Shown in pieces: positions 1-13,608 of a DNA stretch of 64,000 bases. Every line of letters begins with the position of its first letter. The first letter of the stretch is position 1. Location: assembly GCA_023515725.1 (NCBI GenBank), contig JALDTO010000266.1, forward strand, positions 754,708 through 818,707, given 5' to 3'. Position numbers and translations under genes: made by a program. The stretch comes from Amoeboaphelidium protococcarum X5. Its lineage: Eukaryota; Fungi; Aphelidiomycota. The notes under the pieces are model-generated. The model was not told the origin of the DNA. It worked only from the letters and a program-made list of their open reading frames with translations, and ran no database searches.

Positions 1-525
1 TCTATGGGTGGGCTCATTGTACCTGTATACACTGTACGTCACCCAGAAGTGAAAGTCAATGCCATCTCATTGATTTGCCCTCTGATCAAGGTGCACGGTG
101 AATCTGATCCTAGCTTTATCCTGAAGCAGGTGGCAAAGGTAATTAAGCGCATCGCTCCATCCATGCCTATCGCCGAGAGCGTGGAGGAGAATGTACATAC
201 AGATCCGGCTGTGAGTGGCAATTTCGTTCAAGATCCAGGCACGTACTCCGGTGATGTTCGTGTCGCTACTGGTTTATCCTTGATGGATGGTATGGCTGAA
301 GTCTAAAAGTGTGCTCCCCAAATGTCAGTTCCAATGTTCATCGCTCATGGCCTGAATGATAAGGTCACTGACGCGAATGCAAGCCAAGATTTCCATGGCA
401 AATGCTCCTCTTTGCCGGCTGAGAAGAAGAAGATTGTGCTGTATGAAAATGGGAATCATGCGCTGTGGATTGGCCCGGGAGATTCCTGCTTCCACGACGC
501 TTTACAGTGGTTCAACGAGCATTGA
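1..525 (+). CDS. Alpha/beta hydrolase, monoglyceride lipase/lysophospholipase-like (5' partial)
   Basis: Starts in the nucleophile elbow S-M-G-G; HG.NDKVT and C-terminal H (YENGNHAL). ORFs 4-306 and 322-525 join in frame through TAA=Gln; ends at TGA 523-525. Confidence 0.8.
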
Positions 526-977
526 TTTTTAAGATTATTTTACGATTACGAAATTAAATTTATAAAATAAAAATGATATTCAGTTGATATTGTTGCATTT
601 TAAGAAGGCGCTTATTCTGGGACATCATGTATAGGATAGATGCGCGTTCCTCATGAGAATTTGTCCACTTTGAAACACCAAAGTCGATTTAATTATGAAC
701 TATGCCGTTCATTTTACGCGCAAGTTTGCCTAAGCATTCATTTAATTTATCGAACACTTTCTCCCTACTGAATGAGTCCCTGAGAAGGTAGCGCGTATAT
801 CGCATCATTTTATTTTCCGTTTCGGGATGTTTTCTCTCAGTACTCGCTCGGTATTGTCCGTTCTTTCAACTCAAGTAGAGAAATTTAATGCGGTAATTGT
901 CTAAAGTTCAACATTACGATTTATCTTACCGCGGCATCTGTTGTTTAAAGAATTGAACTGAAGAGAAATACTTGATA

Positions 978-3900
978 ATGGATTATGACTATTATGTGAC
1001 GAGACTAACGCTGAGTGAAGAGTTGTAGGGGCACAGTGGTTGTGTTAATAGTATTGCGTGGGATGATTCGGGAAGATATTTGTGCAGTGGAAGTGACGAC
1101 AAACATATAAACGTCTATGACATGTGGAGTCAGTCTGAGGATGGCACTGCTAAAGTTAATGGCGTAAGTCCAAAGCATCTTGTTCACAGAATCAAGACGG
1201 GTCATTAGAGAAACATTTTCTGCGTCAAGTTTATGGATGGTTAAAACGCGGTGATTTCTGGAGACGCAGAGTATAGAGTAGCGTATACTGACATCAACCA
1301 GTATTACAGAAATAATAAATCTCCAGCTGCCACTTTTGATTGCCATGCTAGATTTGTTAATGATGTCATTGTTGATCCTCTAAATCCTGCCACACAGTTC
1401 TTCTCATGTAGTGGTGACGGTACTGTGAATTTGTATGATCTGCGTATCAGAACTAGTTGCAATTGTAAGAGTAATTTATCGCGTGAGAGGAACCTTCATT
1501 GTAATCGGCACACGTACATTGATGTTAACGTTGCGCCGGAATACAGTGGATGCGAGTGCTGCGATGAGTTTCAGATGAGGCCTAGTAAATCTGCAGCGGG
1601 TATTGATGGTACCGGAGAGTCAATGTTCCGTTCAGATGTGTGTTCACGGTAACATGGTGTTGGTGTGACCTCCATGGATGTACTATAGACTGATCCTGTT
1701 TATATTGCTCTTGGATGTACCGACTCTTTTGTAAGAGTATTTGATAGGCGCAAGTTGGATAAACCGGTATATCGTTCTTCTGCCGATAGCAAAAAGTATC
1801 AGCCTAGCAAGAAGCAAGTTCAAGGCCATTCGATTGATAATTTCCATCTCTATCCAAAGAGTCTAGATTGTTATAAGGGAATTTGTTATTCCTTTGCACC
1901 AAGTCACATGCGATATGGATTGTCCAATGCTTTTGATCAATATGGCGTAGAATTGGATTACCATGATCGCCCTATATTGCTTCCTAGGAATTAGCTCTAG
2001 TAAAAGTATAAAGACATTTTTGGTGGATTGAATGATGAATCTGAGTTCACTAGTTTGTTTTAAAAGAAGGTGTATGAGGATGACGATAGTGAATACAAGA
2101 GTGTGGCTAGTGTGAAGTTTGATAAGACTGGCAGATTGGCTGTCAGTTATTAGGAGGATGATATTTACCTAGTGGATGTCATGTCCACCGTGCTTGGTTA
2201 GAATGTAAAGTATCCACGGCATGAAGGTGCTTTTACTCCGTTTAGAGGCGACAAGTGTTTGAATTAGCAGAATCGTATGGAGGCACTGGAGAGAGCTAAT
2301 AGAGCTTTCGGTGCTGGTTCTGTGGACGCGACTAATGAATTTCTAAGATAGCTGAGATTGCAAAGGGAGGTGGCTGTGTAGGATCAGTTGAAGTAGTTTA
2401 AGACTTCAAGCAATAGTTTGTACCTACCGCTGTTTGATATGAAACATATTCAGTAGTATGACAAGGATGTTCTGCTCGTTGCCAGTGGACATATAAACAT
2501 CCAGACAATGATCAAGTAAATGAACTTTGTTCCAAACTATTGCAGTAAATAGGAAGATTATAATATGATTTGTTCAGGGTCTGATGATGGATTTATATAT
2601 GGATGGAAGTTGGATATGTCGGATAAAGCATTGAGATTGGAAGAGTAGTTGCCTGCGTATTGTTGGAAGGGAGACAAGTCGATTACTAATGGAGTAGTTT
2701 TTAATCAAAAGTATCCAATGATGGCTTCATGTGGAATAGACTCTTCGATTAAAGTATTTTAGCCGGTGGATGGCATTGCTTCTGAAGTTTAAAAGCTGTC
2801 GATTGATATCAAAGCGATGAATTAGTTTTAAAGTGGATTTGTGAAGAGTGATTCTTCTTAAAAGTATAAATCATATTCAGAGTTAGTGTCAGAGTATTAA
2901 GATGCTATTGATGATTTGACTCATTCGATTAACCCATAGTTCCAGTAGAATATGTCGCATGATGCTATTCTGAGTTCAATATTGTCTAGCAGGATGGATG
3001 CCGATATCAGAGTATAATCTAATCCGCCTCTTAGTGTATTGAACATGTTTGGCGTGGGTATGGACATGGACATGGAGGAAGAAGAGTACAATGATGAAAC
3101 TGAAGAAGATGAGGAGGACGATGAAGATGAACAGCATCCAAGTATGACTGAAGCTTAATTTTAATAGTACTTGAGTATGAGCGGAATTAATACTGTCGAT
3201 CCTGAATTCGAACTGACCCACTCAGCTTATGTTGGTCCTCCCATGACTATGGATTAGATTCGAGAGGCTGCCATAACTAACCCAGATGTCCTGTATTAGA
3301 ATTCAGTGTCGTAGGAAGATGTTCTGAGATATTTATTAATGGGATAGGAACCTCAGACTAGGGGCTAGCGTGCAGCTGAGGCTGCTAGATAGCAGTAAAG
3401 AATGGCTACTTTGTAACCATAGTAGCAGCGCGGTGGTAATGCTAGTCAAAGAAGTACTCAGAGTTAAAGCGGTACAAGATCGGGGACTGCTTAGAGGTAA
3501 AGTGGTGCTAGTCAAAGAGCGGCTTAGAGTCAAAGTCGTAATAGTCAATTTAGTGGTGGTTAGTAGTAAAGTGCTCGTTTGGCTCCGACTTCATAACAAT
3601 AGACGCGTCCTGCTTAGTAGAGTAGATCGACAGAGATCAATCTGCAGTTGGAAGAGGAGATATTCAAGAGAAGCTGTTTTAATATACCGAAAACGGAAGA
3701 GATGAGATAATATGTAGCTATCCATGGTCAAGATAATATATTTGAGCGAACTATTGATAATGACGACATTATGGATAGATTGTTGGCAAATGCGACCATT
3801 CGTGAATAGTTTAAATTCATTCCAGGATTTGATGCGAAAGTTAGACAGCGGCAGAGAACTAATCCTGCTGCATTTGGTTTATCTCAGAATCAAAGCTCTG

Positions 3901-5141
3901 GTTAGTCCTCTGCATAGTCTTCAACTAATAGGGGAGGTGCTTAATAGCCGCCGTCTACCTAGAGTGCTCGCTCATAATCCTCTAACACTTCACAACCGTA
4001 GGCTAGTCAGAGCCATCAGTAGTCGTCTTAGTAGTAAAGTTCTATTAAGGCAGCGTCATCTCGTGCATCTACCAGCAGCAGTTAAACTCCGTCTATCGAA
4101 AAGAGGATTGAAGAGGAGATGTTTAGGCGCTCATTTATGGATATTCCATGGAATAAGGAAATATTTGACTATGTGGAAGCTCACGGTTCTTAGAATGTGT
4201 TTGCTCGTTGTATGTAAAATGCTGAATTAATGCAGCGTATGATGCAAACTTAATAGTTTAAAGATCGATATGGAGCAGATCTTTCCATGTCTGGTGGCAC
4301 GATCTAGTCTGCAGCTGGATCTAACAACGTGAACGAAATTTCATCTCGGTCTCCTTAGAGCTCTGCAGCTGCTTCAAGTAGTTTTAAAGCTTCATCTTCC
4401 AATGCTAATCAGTAGTAGAAAAGGCATTCACAATCTAGTGGTAGCCGTCAATAAACTGCTTCTGCCAGTAGTTAACCAGCCGCTCGCCCTGCATAGCCTT
4501 AAACTCGTAGATAAGCATCAACTGATTCCCCAAATCTTTAATCTAATCCGTATCCTGATCCTGCTGAAGAAGAGCGCATAATGTTTGAAGCTTTAACCAA
4601 GAAATATGCCTCTGAATTAGAAGCAGAAGAAGATGCGGAGAAGAATCTGATAATTTTGGAGTATGGTATGAGAAATGAAAAGTTGATGAACAAGATGCTT
4701 GAGAATCCAGAAGTTCGTGCCGCTTTAGGAAATCTCGATGAGTATTGCCCTCACCCGGCGTTATTTCACACTGAGCACGATCGCAAGTATGGAAGAAATT
4801 ACAAGGAGTACAGAGAATAGTAAGCAGCTGCTGCTAAGAAGAAGTAGTCATAATAGACTTTGTCATCATCATCATCATCGTCAACATCATCCTTAAATGC
4901 TGGAGAGAAGAAGAAGAAGCCTGCGGTTAGGCCTTAAGCAAAGCAGTAAAAGTCGAGTTCTTCTAACAGCCAAAATAAACAGAGCACTGCATCATCTGAT
5001 AAGAAGTAGCAGTCTAATCAGAATCAAAGCTCAACCTCTGATCAACAGTCATCAAGTTCATAGTAAAATAAGCCTAATTAGAAGTCAACTGGGGAAAGGA
5101 AGAATTCATTTGAGAACAATTTGCGTAATCTATTCAAGTGA
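978..5141 (+). CDS. WD40-repeat DCAF6/DCAF8-like protein with a long Gln/Ser-rich C-terminal extension (~1387 aa)
   Basis: LQGHSGCVNSIAWDDSGRYLCSGSDD, FFSCSGDGTVNLYDLR, GHINIQTMIKQMNF, CSGSDDG..YGW, MASCGIDSSIKVF. One frame (TAR=Gln) to TGA 5139-5141. The true start may lie further upstream. Confidence 0.75.
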
Positions 5142-5409
5142 CACCGTAATGAGAGATAATACTGATCATCAAATACATAATATCATAGCCAATTATATTT
5201 TATCAGTCCTTCTGATGTTCAATTGTTCAACACTTCAAGTTGCTTTATTGAGTTAACGCGTTGATCTTGATTGATGACTCAACTTGTCCCCTTCTTTTGG
5301 TGAATCGCGTTCTCTTTGTGTGAGAGATCTTGTGTTCATACTACGTAAGTACCTATATAATATCCATTTAAATACAGCATAAGTATAATAATATTCATTA
5401 AAATAGAGA

Positions 5410-7305
5410 ATGTCAATTTGGAATTCCATCACCTCTCCGATTTCAAGCGTTGGAAGTTACTTTTCACAGTCATCATTAGAAGAGTAGTAATAGTAATAGT
5501 AGAGTTTATCTCAATCATCTAGAAGTAATGATGGCAATTAATAGTCTGAATTATTTAAAAAGTAAGAATAACAATACGATGCTGATAAAATCTTTCATCT
5601 ATTGTAATAGCCAAGTCCATGCTGGGTATTGCTGAGTGATCAAACGCTGGATCCAGATGATGTACCTGAATGGCAGACTCATGATTTTAAAAAGTCCACA
5701 GCCACTTAAGTACAATAGGCATAATACTACTTTCTTATTCTACATAATATTAATAATAAAAGTACTATTAGTAATAATTCAGGTGATAATAGTAAGGATC
5801 TAGAACTACATTTGTATGATGCTATACCATCGATTAGTTCCAAGAGTCAGCAACCAGTGATGCGTATTAATCTCTGCTAGTACAAGTGTCTCCTATTCCC
5901 TCACAATCTGCATGTCTCAATGATGTATGATAGGAAATTGCCTATTTTATTGCAATCTGCTGCACCAGATAATAGATAATCAAGTGATAGATATGGTCTT
6001 AGGAGTGAGCTTTACATCTGGTTTCCCACTGCCATGTTTAAAGAGGACTGGTATTTATCATTGAGGATGAGGATTTCTTCATAAAGACACTCATAGTATT
6101 AGTAGTATTAGTAATAATAAAGTCATAGCTAGTAGCAAATTGAATACTCGCGTCTACTTGCAAACGATTACTCTTAATCTGCTTAAATGAATGTGTCATA
6201 CAATCATGAAGATCCAACGACAGCTTGGTTTAATGCTCTACTGGTGCGTGTATTCCCATCCATTGTGAGATTTGAAGAGTTTAATATGTATGTAGAAGAA
6301 CTGCTGACTAGAAAGTTTTAGCTGATGAGAACACCCGACTTTATGGATGATTTGTCACTGAAGAACTTCTCCATCGACAGCCAACCTCCAGTGCTCAGTA
6401 ATGCCGAATTGGTTCAGGCCTCGGCTGATGGTCATACCGAGATCAAATTCAATGTGAAGTATGAGGGTAGATTTGAGGTTGAAGCCGAGATGAACTTGAA
6501 TCTGAGTAAGATGAATAATAACATCTCGCTGCTCTTACCCAAGATGTCTATACCGGCGCGTGTCAAGATATCATTTACTCGGTTGGAGGGCAGGATGTTG
6601 GTACTGATCAAGAAGAATCCCTCGAATAGATTATGGTTTGGCTTTACAGAGATGCCGCGAGTGTATGTGGACATTTCGCCCATGATCAACTTTTCCAAGA
6701 ATAATGAACTCTCCCTCGACTATGCGATAATTGTGCAGTTCTTGTAGGATAAGTTTATGACTGTTATCAAGGAAGAGTTGGTGTATCCTCACATGGGCGA
6801 TGTTGATATTCCTGGTAATAGCGAGTCGTTTGATTATCTGTTCACGCCTGGTAATCAAGGATTCACTTCCCTCATCAATGAAATGAAGGTGAATAAGTAG
6901 ATCAAGAAGAAGGCGGCGGCGACTAAGGGTGGTAATGGATCATCATAATACTAATCATCTCCATTTTCATAAGAGGAGTAGAACTCATAATAATCTGCAA
7001 AGCATAAGAGAGTGACTTCAGCTCCTATGCCTAATGCTGGTCGGTATACGAAACTGTCTGATTAAATATCACACAGGAAACATCTCAAGTAATAGTCTTC
7101 ACCTTTTCAGGAAGCAAGCAGTAAGAATAGGAGTGCTTAATAAACCCAAAAAGATGATAGATAACCGCATGTAGATCTTCGTCATGATAAGTCATCCAGT
7201 ATGGGATCATCCGTTCATAGAAAAAGTCGTTCATTTGAGGGAAGCGGTGCAGATTTTGTTGATGACTCTTTGAGTTATACATTGAATGATAATTTACAAA
7301 TTTGA
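5410..7305 (+). CDS. SMP-domain lipid-transfer protein with PH-like region (Nvj2/TEX2-like)
   Basis: TAWFNALLVRVF...MRTPDFMDDLSLKNFSI...LEGRMLVLIKKNPSNRLWFGFTEMP...KEELVYPHMGD matches the SMP pattern; upstream 'FKEDWYLSL' PH-like helix; TGA 7303-7305. Confidence 0.75.
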
Positions 7306-7376
7306 TACTATGAAAAATTAATTGAGAATAGACCTGGCCAATTTAGATAAAATTTCTTTATTCTTTTATATCATCA

Positions 7377-10300
7377 TCATTGTCTTTTTGAACCACTTTT
7401 ATAACTACCAATGCTACTCTATGATGATGATTACGATGACCTTCTACTCTGTGAGGATGACTATGAAGTGAACGATTTCTTTCTGAAGAATCTCTGCAGA
7501 GGGGATGACATTCTCTAATTACTACCTTGTTCGTCTTAATACTATTACGACCATTCAGATGATTATTACTGGTGATTGTTATTATAATCACCAGTCGGTA
7601 CAGGAGTGTATGGACTAGAGGGAGTCAGCGGAGTATTTCGGAACATTTCCACGTAATTAGCCATTCCCAAGTCTGTAGAATATTGCCGATTTCTATTGTG
7701 AAGAGAGTCAAAGTGCTTCTATGTAATACTAGCAGACATGAGTGGAGTGGCAGGAGAAGATGATTCTTCTATATCATCATCCTCTTGTTGTTGCTAACGC
7801 TGTGGATGCGATTGAGGCTACGAAGATGCAGCGGCCATAGGAAGCATGTCCATCGGAATATTAGAGCTACGTAATTCTTAAGCCTACATTTATGATTGTA
7901 CTGCATCTCCGGACTAGACCACTTATTTGTTACTATACTATGACATTGGTGCAATATCATCAGGCATCATCGTCTGAGTCTTCCTAAAGTTTCGCAAAGT
8001 CTTCATGAATTTTATCGGAGCTAGTAGTGACGACTATTGAGCAATTTCCTTTGCATACGATTACTGTTAAGCTTACACTTACGCGTCAATATCATCATCC
8101 TCTGGCTTACGCGCAATCTTCTGCACCAACTTGACAGGATAAGATTCCATAGTCTTTTTTCTCCATATAGCTCTAGCAATAGGGTCTTTATTGTAATAGA
8201 TGAGAGCAAGAGTCAACACCACAACTCCGACTACTCCTATAATTGCACCAACTGATCCCTCTATCGCAGCCTTCTTCTTGATATCATCAACACTCAATTA
8301 CTACGCGTAAATCTCTTCAGCGTCAGGACTCAATTCGATGTTATCGTAAGCCGTATCAGATGGAAGAAGATCTGGTGAGAAAGCTTTAGCAGATACTTGC
8401 ACATTGTACAGCTTTGAGTATGAATCTAAAGCGTATGGATTAGGAGGAATCAGAGCAGACGTGTTACCTCGATATTGTGCAACTTCAGCGTCATATCGCC
8501 GATTCTGCTCCTGTACCTGCTGCAGCGTCACTGTAAACTTGCCATCATATTTCATGGAGCGGGACGTATCATTCACGGGAGTTGAGCTATTTAGAGTATA
8601 GAATACGGTGACATTAGGTTGAGATGCATTGGTCTTGATCTCTACAGTATAACTTTCAAAGTACTTATTCTACGTGACTATAATCTTGGGTTTAGCAGCT
8701 AGAATTCTATCACGCTCTGCACAATTACCCACACCATCACATTTGCCAGTTAGACACGTCTAACCTCTGTTTATGAACTTGCACGTATTCTTATTACAAC
8801 ACTCTACATTAGCACCACCATCCGCAGTAGGATCACAATCCTCTCCAGGATCAACTTTACCATTACCACAAGAGCTGATACATTTGCCTTTATTACAAGT
8901 GCCAGCCATGGAAAGGGGATTGGTGGTGTAATTGCTATTCGCAGCCGAAGTTGTTTAATTCCCAGTCATACACTGATTACCATCAGTCTTGAATTGACAT
9001 GTTCTCATGTCGCAACATCCAGAGGTGGAATTACGACCATCATCGCACTATTCCCCTTGAGATGTATCAATTATGCCATTGCCACACAGAAGAGACGTCT
9101 GCGGACTAACATCAAGACACTGCCCGCTACTTTCCAGAAATGATTTACCAGCCTCATAACTACACTCTGAGAAGAGGATTTCTTTAGCTTTCCTCTAATC
9201 ACAATCTCCACAACTGACGGCTGCCATTATAAACTTATCAGGATCACACTTCTCAGCAGGGCCTTGTCCATCGTGTACCAGTCTCAGGGAGTGACCGAGC
9301 TCGTGAAGATCAAGATTGATTTACGCATCAACATTATTACCACGAGGAGCTTCAACCACGCTGGCACCGAAACGGTTTGAACAAACACCAGCCATATTAC
9401 TCAGACCATTTACTCGGAAATTGTCTTTAGTTCCAATATCACGATCAGTCAATAGCTAAGCGACATCATTATTACCCAAAGCACCCTCGGCGCCGGCATT
9501 GATCTTCTGCTCCCTCCACTGGGCGAAAGTGTCCAGCAGATCACCAGCTTCAACCTGGGTCTTAAATTCAGGAAGCCAGGTAGATTCATTCTTTGGATTA
9601 TTATCATTATAAATCCCCGCCAGAATAATCTTTATAGGCATACCAAACTTGTCACCAATTTGATCCGACATTTTCTTGGCCATCAACGATACGTGATTTA
9701 TAGTTGCCTCAGTGATGTTCTCCTTTTGATCTTCGAACTACTTGACGCGTCCATAATCATTGACAAAGAGCATTTTGATATATTTGGTCTTCTTACCGTC
9801 AAAATTATCCTACCGCTTAAACAGTCTATTGAGCTATTGCTTCACAGTAAACTCTTTCTTAATAGCGAAATGTAGACGGTCATATTCAGCGCTGTCATCA
9901 GCACCACAGTTTACCGGTGCTCCATCTTCGACAACTTGCATGACATGTCCAAGATCAGAGTGCGGCTGGACTCTATGCTCCACTCCATTGACCAGTATCT
10001 TACCATTCAGAACACCGTTACATGTAGACAGCGATACAGCAGAATCCTTCACATTTAGCACTCGACCGGAATAGAAGCACATCTAGATCATCTTCTGACT
10101 TCCACTTGAGTCGTGCACTGCAAAATCTGGATGAAACAACTCCTCGTTCAGCTCAACGTCCACATGCCAGAAATCATCTTGGTCATGTTCATCATGTTAG
10201 ATCAGAAATTGTACTCTATCTTTATGTTTCTTCTATTACTTATTGCTTTCTCTCTATTCTAGCGTATTTATTTCATTATTTATTAGCAACTACTATGATA

Positions 10301-10442
10301 TCTAATTCTATATCTCGCGCTTGTACAGACGCGACTAATGCGATGAGCTTAGCTGATGAATTCTCACTGGCATTTAGCGTGCCACTACCAAGAATGATAG
10401 TATAATGCACTAAAGAGCATACATCCAGAATATCTATTTCAT
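7377..10442 (-). CDS. ADAM/reprolysin-type membrane metalloprotease (~1021 aa)
   Basis: Signal peptide MKQIFWMYALQCIILSFLVVA; prodomain with VSLSTCNG and PVNCG; HELGHSLRLVHD plus Met-turn FIMAA; disintegrin-like CGNGIID...EQCDDG; TM GAIIGVVGVVVLTLALIYY; Pro/Ser-rich tail; ends TGA TGA TGA. Confidence 0.85.
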
Positions 10443-10684
10443 TACTCGGCTACTTTCTCTACTCACTGACAGATATTGACTGTAATTTTGAATTGTTAAT
10501 GCGATGGTAAGAAGACGTGCATCCCACATTGTGTGACACAATTCAATGATCGGATGGCTGTTACATCAAAACGTGAACTGTGACGTTGCAGAAGTAAAAC
10601 GTGAACATCATACAATTAGAGTCAGAAACTATAAAGACTGAAAAGTATAAATCAATAGTACGACACAAAATAACCATTATTTAA

Positions 10685-13432
10685 TCACTAAGTATTAATC
10701 AAACTTGCCTGCACCTCTGTGTTTATGATCTTCACTGCGTCTTTCAACATCTTCAAAGTCTTCGCCTTTTGAACGCGCTCGGATTTCACGTCGGAGCTCT
10801 CAGCCAGAAGTTTATCGGCTGTGACTTGAACGCCATTTCCGTCTTTACCAACCAGCACTCTGTTCATCAGTATGGTCGGGAGATCGCGCTTCACCTTGTT
10901 CACCATCAAGTACATAATTGCTTTTGGTACTAAATCTTGTAAATGCTTTCTCACGATCCTGATGTAAGAATGCACAAGTATACGCACCAGTGCTATGGTG
11001 TTCTCATCACTACTCGACATTGACGAATCGGCGTCAGTGTCCAAAAGTTCGACTTCCGGCGCATAGGCAGATGTGTTGAGGCGAACTTTAGTCTTGGCCA
11101 GGTCTGACGCGAATATCTTATCAGGCAGCTCAGATATTACACCAGGCTGAGGCTTGCTTGCCGGAGTGGGTGGTCTCAAATTCTTTGACTTTAGTGGAGG
11201 TGGCACAGGAGGAGCCTTCTTTTTCTTCTGCGATTATTATACGACATTAGATCCGCCTTTCCCAGAGTCAACTGGTGAAGATGGTTCGCTTTATGCAGCT
11301 TTGGCATCTTCCTACTACTTCAAGTAAAGGATGCTGTTGCTCAGAGCTTCAATCCATTCCTTCTTCTCCTCAGAAGATGCTGCATTCAACAGAAGACTCT
11401 TGTGATTTCTAAACAGCGTCTCTTCTCCGTTATGGAATATCTCAAACAAGTGCTACTTATCGTTAGAAATTTCATCCATACTCATACTTCTGAGAGAGGT
11501 GATACCTTCAGCCTCACTAGCTGGGAGTAGTTCATCAGTCTCATAGTCCTTTATCAGGCAATTTGCCAGTGAGAATTCACCTTTAGCCACCTTGTCAGAT
11601 TAGCTCTCAAAGAATCTCAAACTTCCATCCTTAATAGCAAAGTAGCGCTTCTTCCAAGTCTTTCTAGTGCCACCCAGTTTCTCCAATTGGCCTTCCAGAT
11701 GCGCAGATTAAAATACAGAACCATTACTGGTGGTCAATACGCCAGCCTTCTTCATCTATGCGCGCTTCTTCTTCTCATCAGCGATCCAAGTACCAAGTCC
11801 TTATTGACCTATAAAATCTGGATGTGAAGTGTTCAAATAACCAATTTCCATTGCCAGCAAACGCTTCACTTCTTCCTGAGTTGGTCTCAGAGAGTCCTGC
11901 AATACTTGTTGAGTGGCGTCCAACATCCAATTCAACAGAGCCGGATACATTCTGATGGGGCTGTGCTCACTCTACAACAACTTCTTTACCATCTTTAACA
12001 ACTCGCCATACACCATATCGACGCAGGACATGGCTGGAGACTCAAAATCTTTAATCAGTTTCTTAATCAGAAGCTCAATTAAAGAATCTGGAATGAACAA
12101 ACCTGCTCTGAGACCACGAACGTTATGCATCAACGTTTTGATTTCATCATCATAATATGAGCTCAGGATCCTATTCTCTAGACCAATCAACGCCAAAGGA
12201 TAAGTCTCCTAGAAGACATACTTTATACGGACGGATGCACTCAATTCAGCCACCTAAGGACCAGAAGACATATCTTCGCCACTATTTGGAGCGACGCTAC
12301 CAGTAATATGGCCTAGAGAATTGAACACATCATTATTCAAATCACCATCGTGTCCATCAATCATCATTTTGACAGACGATGCGAACAGACGTAAAATGTT
12401 AAGCAAGACGGACTGCTAATAAACTGGATCATCCATATCAGGCATCTACCCAGGATGATCTGTAGCAAAAGCGGCATTCAACGAAGTGAAGGGAGAATTG
12501 ATAGAGTCCAGCTCTGACTCTAAAGATAGCATCTTCTGTGTTAGCTTCTGCTTCAACTATGGAAGATGACGTTCGATATGAGACATTAAAGTCACTCTCA
12601 ACTTCTCTTACAAGAACGTAGTGCCACACTTATCCCCAAGCGATTCGTATTTGGGATGTGATGAGAACCATAACTTCTCCTTCTGTACAGCAGAGTGAAC
12701 ATCCTTGTTACTCTCAATGTCCTTCTGACTGCGATTGACAACACCCACAAATCCATGCTTGAGGGGATATGTTTTATTCAATAGAATATCCAGCGCATCC
12801 GTTCCCTCATCCATCAGATCCAACTTAGTGAGGACACCAATAGTTCGATTGCCTTCAGGATCAACACGCCGTGCCAGCTATAACGCGTCAGAATTCGCAA
12901 TGTCAGAGTTGGCGGGACTGACGGCCAGAATTAGACAAGACTCTCTCTCCACAAAACTTGTGACCATGTTCAGAATCTACACCTCAATATCCTCAGGCTG
13001 ATCACCAACCGCAACCTTTGTCAGACCGGGTAAATCCACAAGAGTCAACTCAATCACCCTAGCAGAGTGAATCTTCAGGTAGATGGGCACAGCGCTGATA
13101 TTCTTATTTGTCCCAGTCAGACGATCAGTTTCGCGCGCGATCTCCTGACGAACATCAGCAAAATTAGTATACTGCTTCTTGGGCTCATGCAGGAATACTG
13201 CAAAGTCTTGCGTGCACTGCTTATCGCGTATCAGCTATAGCACTAGCGGTCTTCTGGTGACAATTCCAGTGCCACGAGGTAGAAAGTCTTTCCCAACAAT
13301 ATTCTCAAGCACTGAGCTCTTACCGCTGGACTGTGATCCAACGACGGCAATCTGCGGCAGATCAAATCCAGACAGCCCGACCGATGCAAATGTCTCTTGC
13401 AATTTATTAACCAATGGTATAAGGCTTTCCAT
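10685..13432 (-). CDS. Dynamin-family GTPase with PH domain and GED
   Basis: [48 protein letters not shown]; PH signature [18 protein letters not shown]; [27 protein letters not shown]; TGA 10685-10687. Confidence 0.9.
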
Positions 13433-13608
13433 CTTCTATAAATGACAAAACAAATAATAGATTCTATAAAAAAAGGTTGATTGAAGTGGATTGAGTCTGT
13501 GGTATCAAAGCACTCCTGAAAATGTGTGTTGAGATGGCGCGCGATCAAGTGACGCCGTTAAATACTCATTCAAATTGAAAAATTTATCATTGTATTAATC
13601 ATTAAGTA

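Noticed and set aside
3370-5256. Leu/Val/Arg-rich ORFs 3370-3705, 3724-4230, 4897-5256
   Set aside because: Off-frame readings of the Gln/Ser-rich tail of the WD40 gene.
10567-10607. Direct repeat AAAACGTGAAC twice upstream of the ADAM gene
   Set aside because: Only two copies; possibly a TF site but no further support, and not CRISPR-like.
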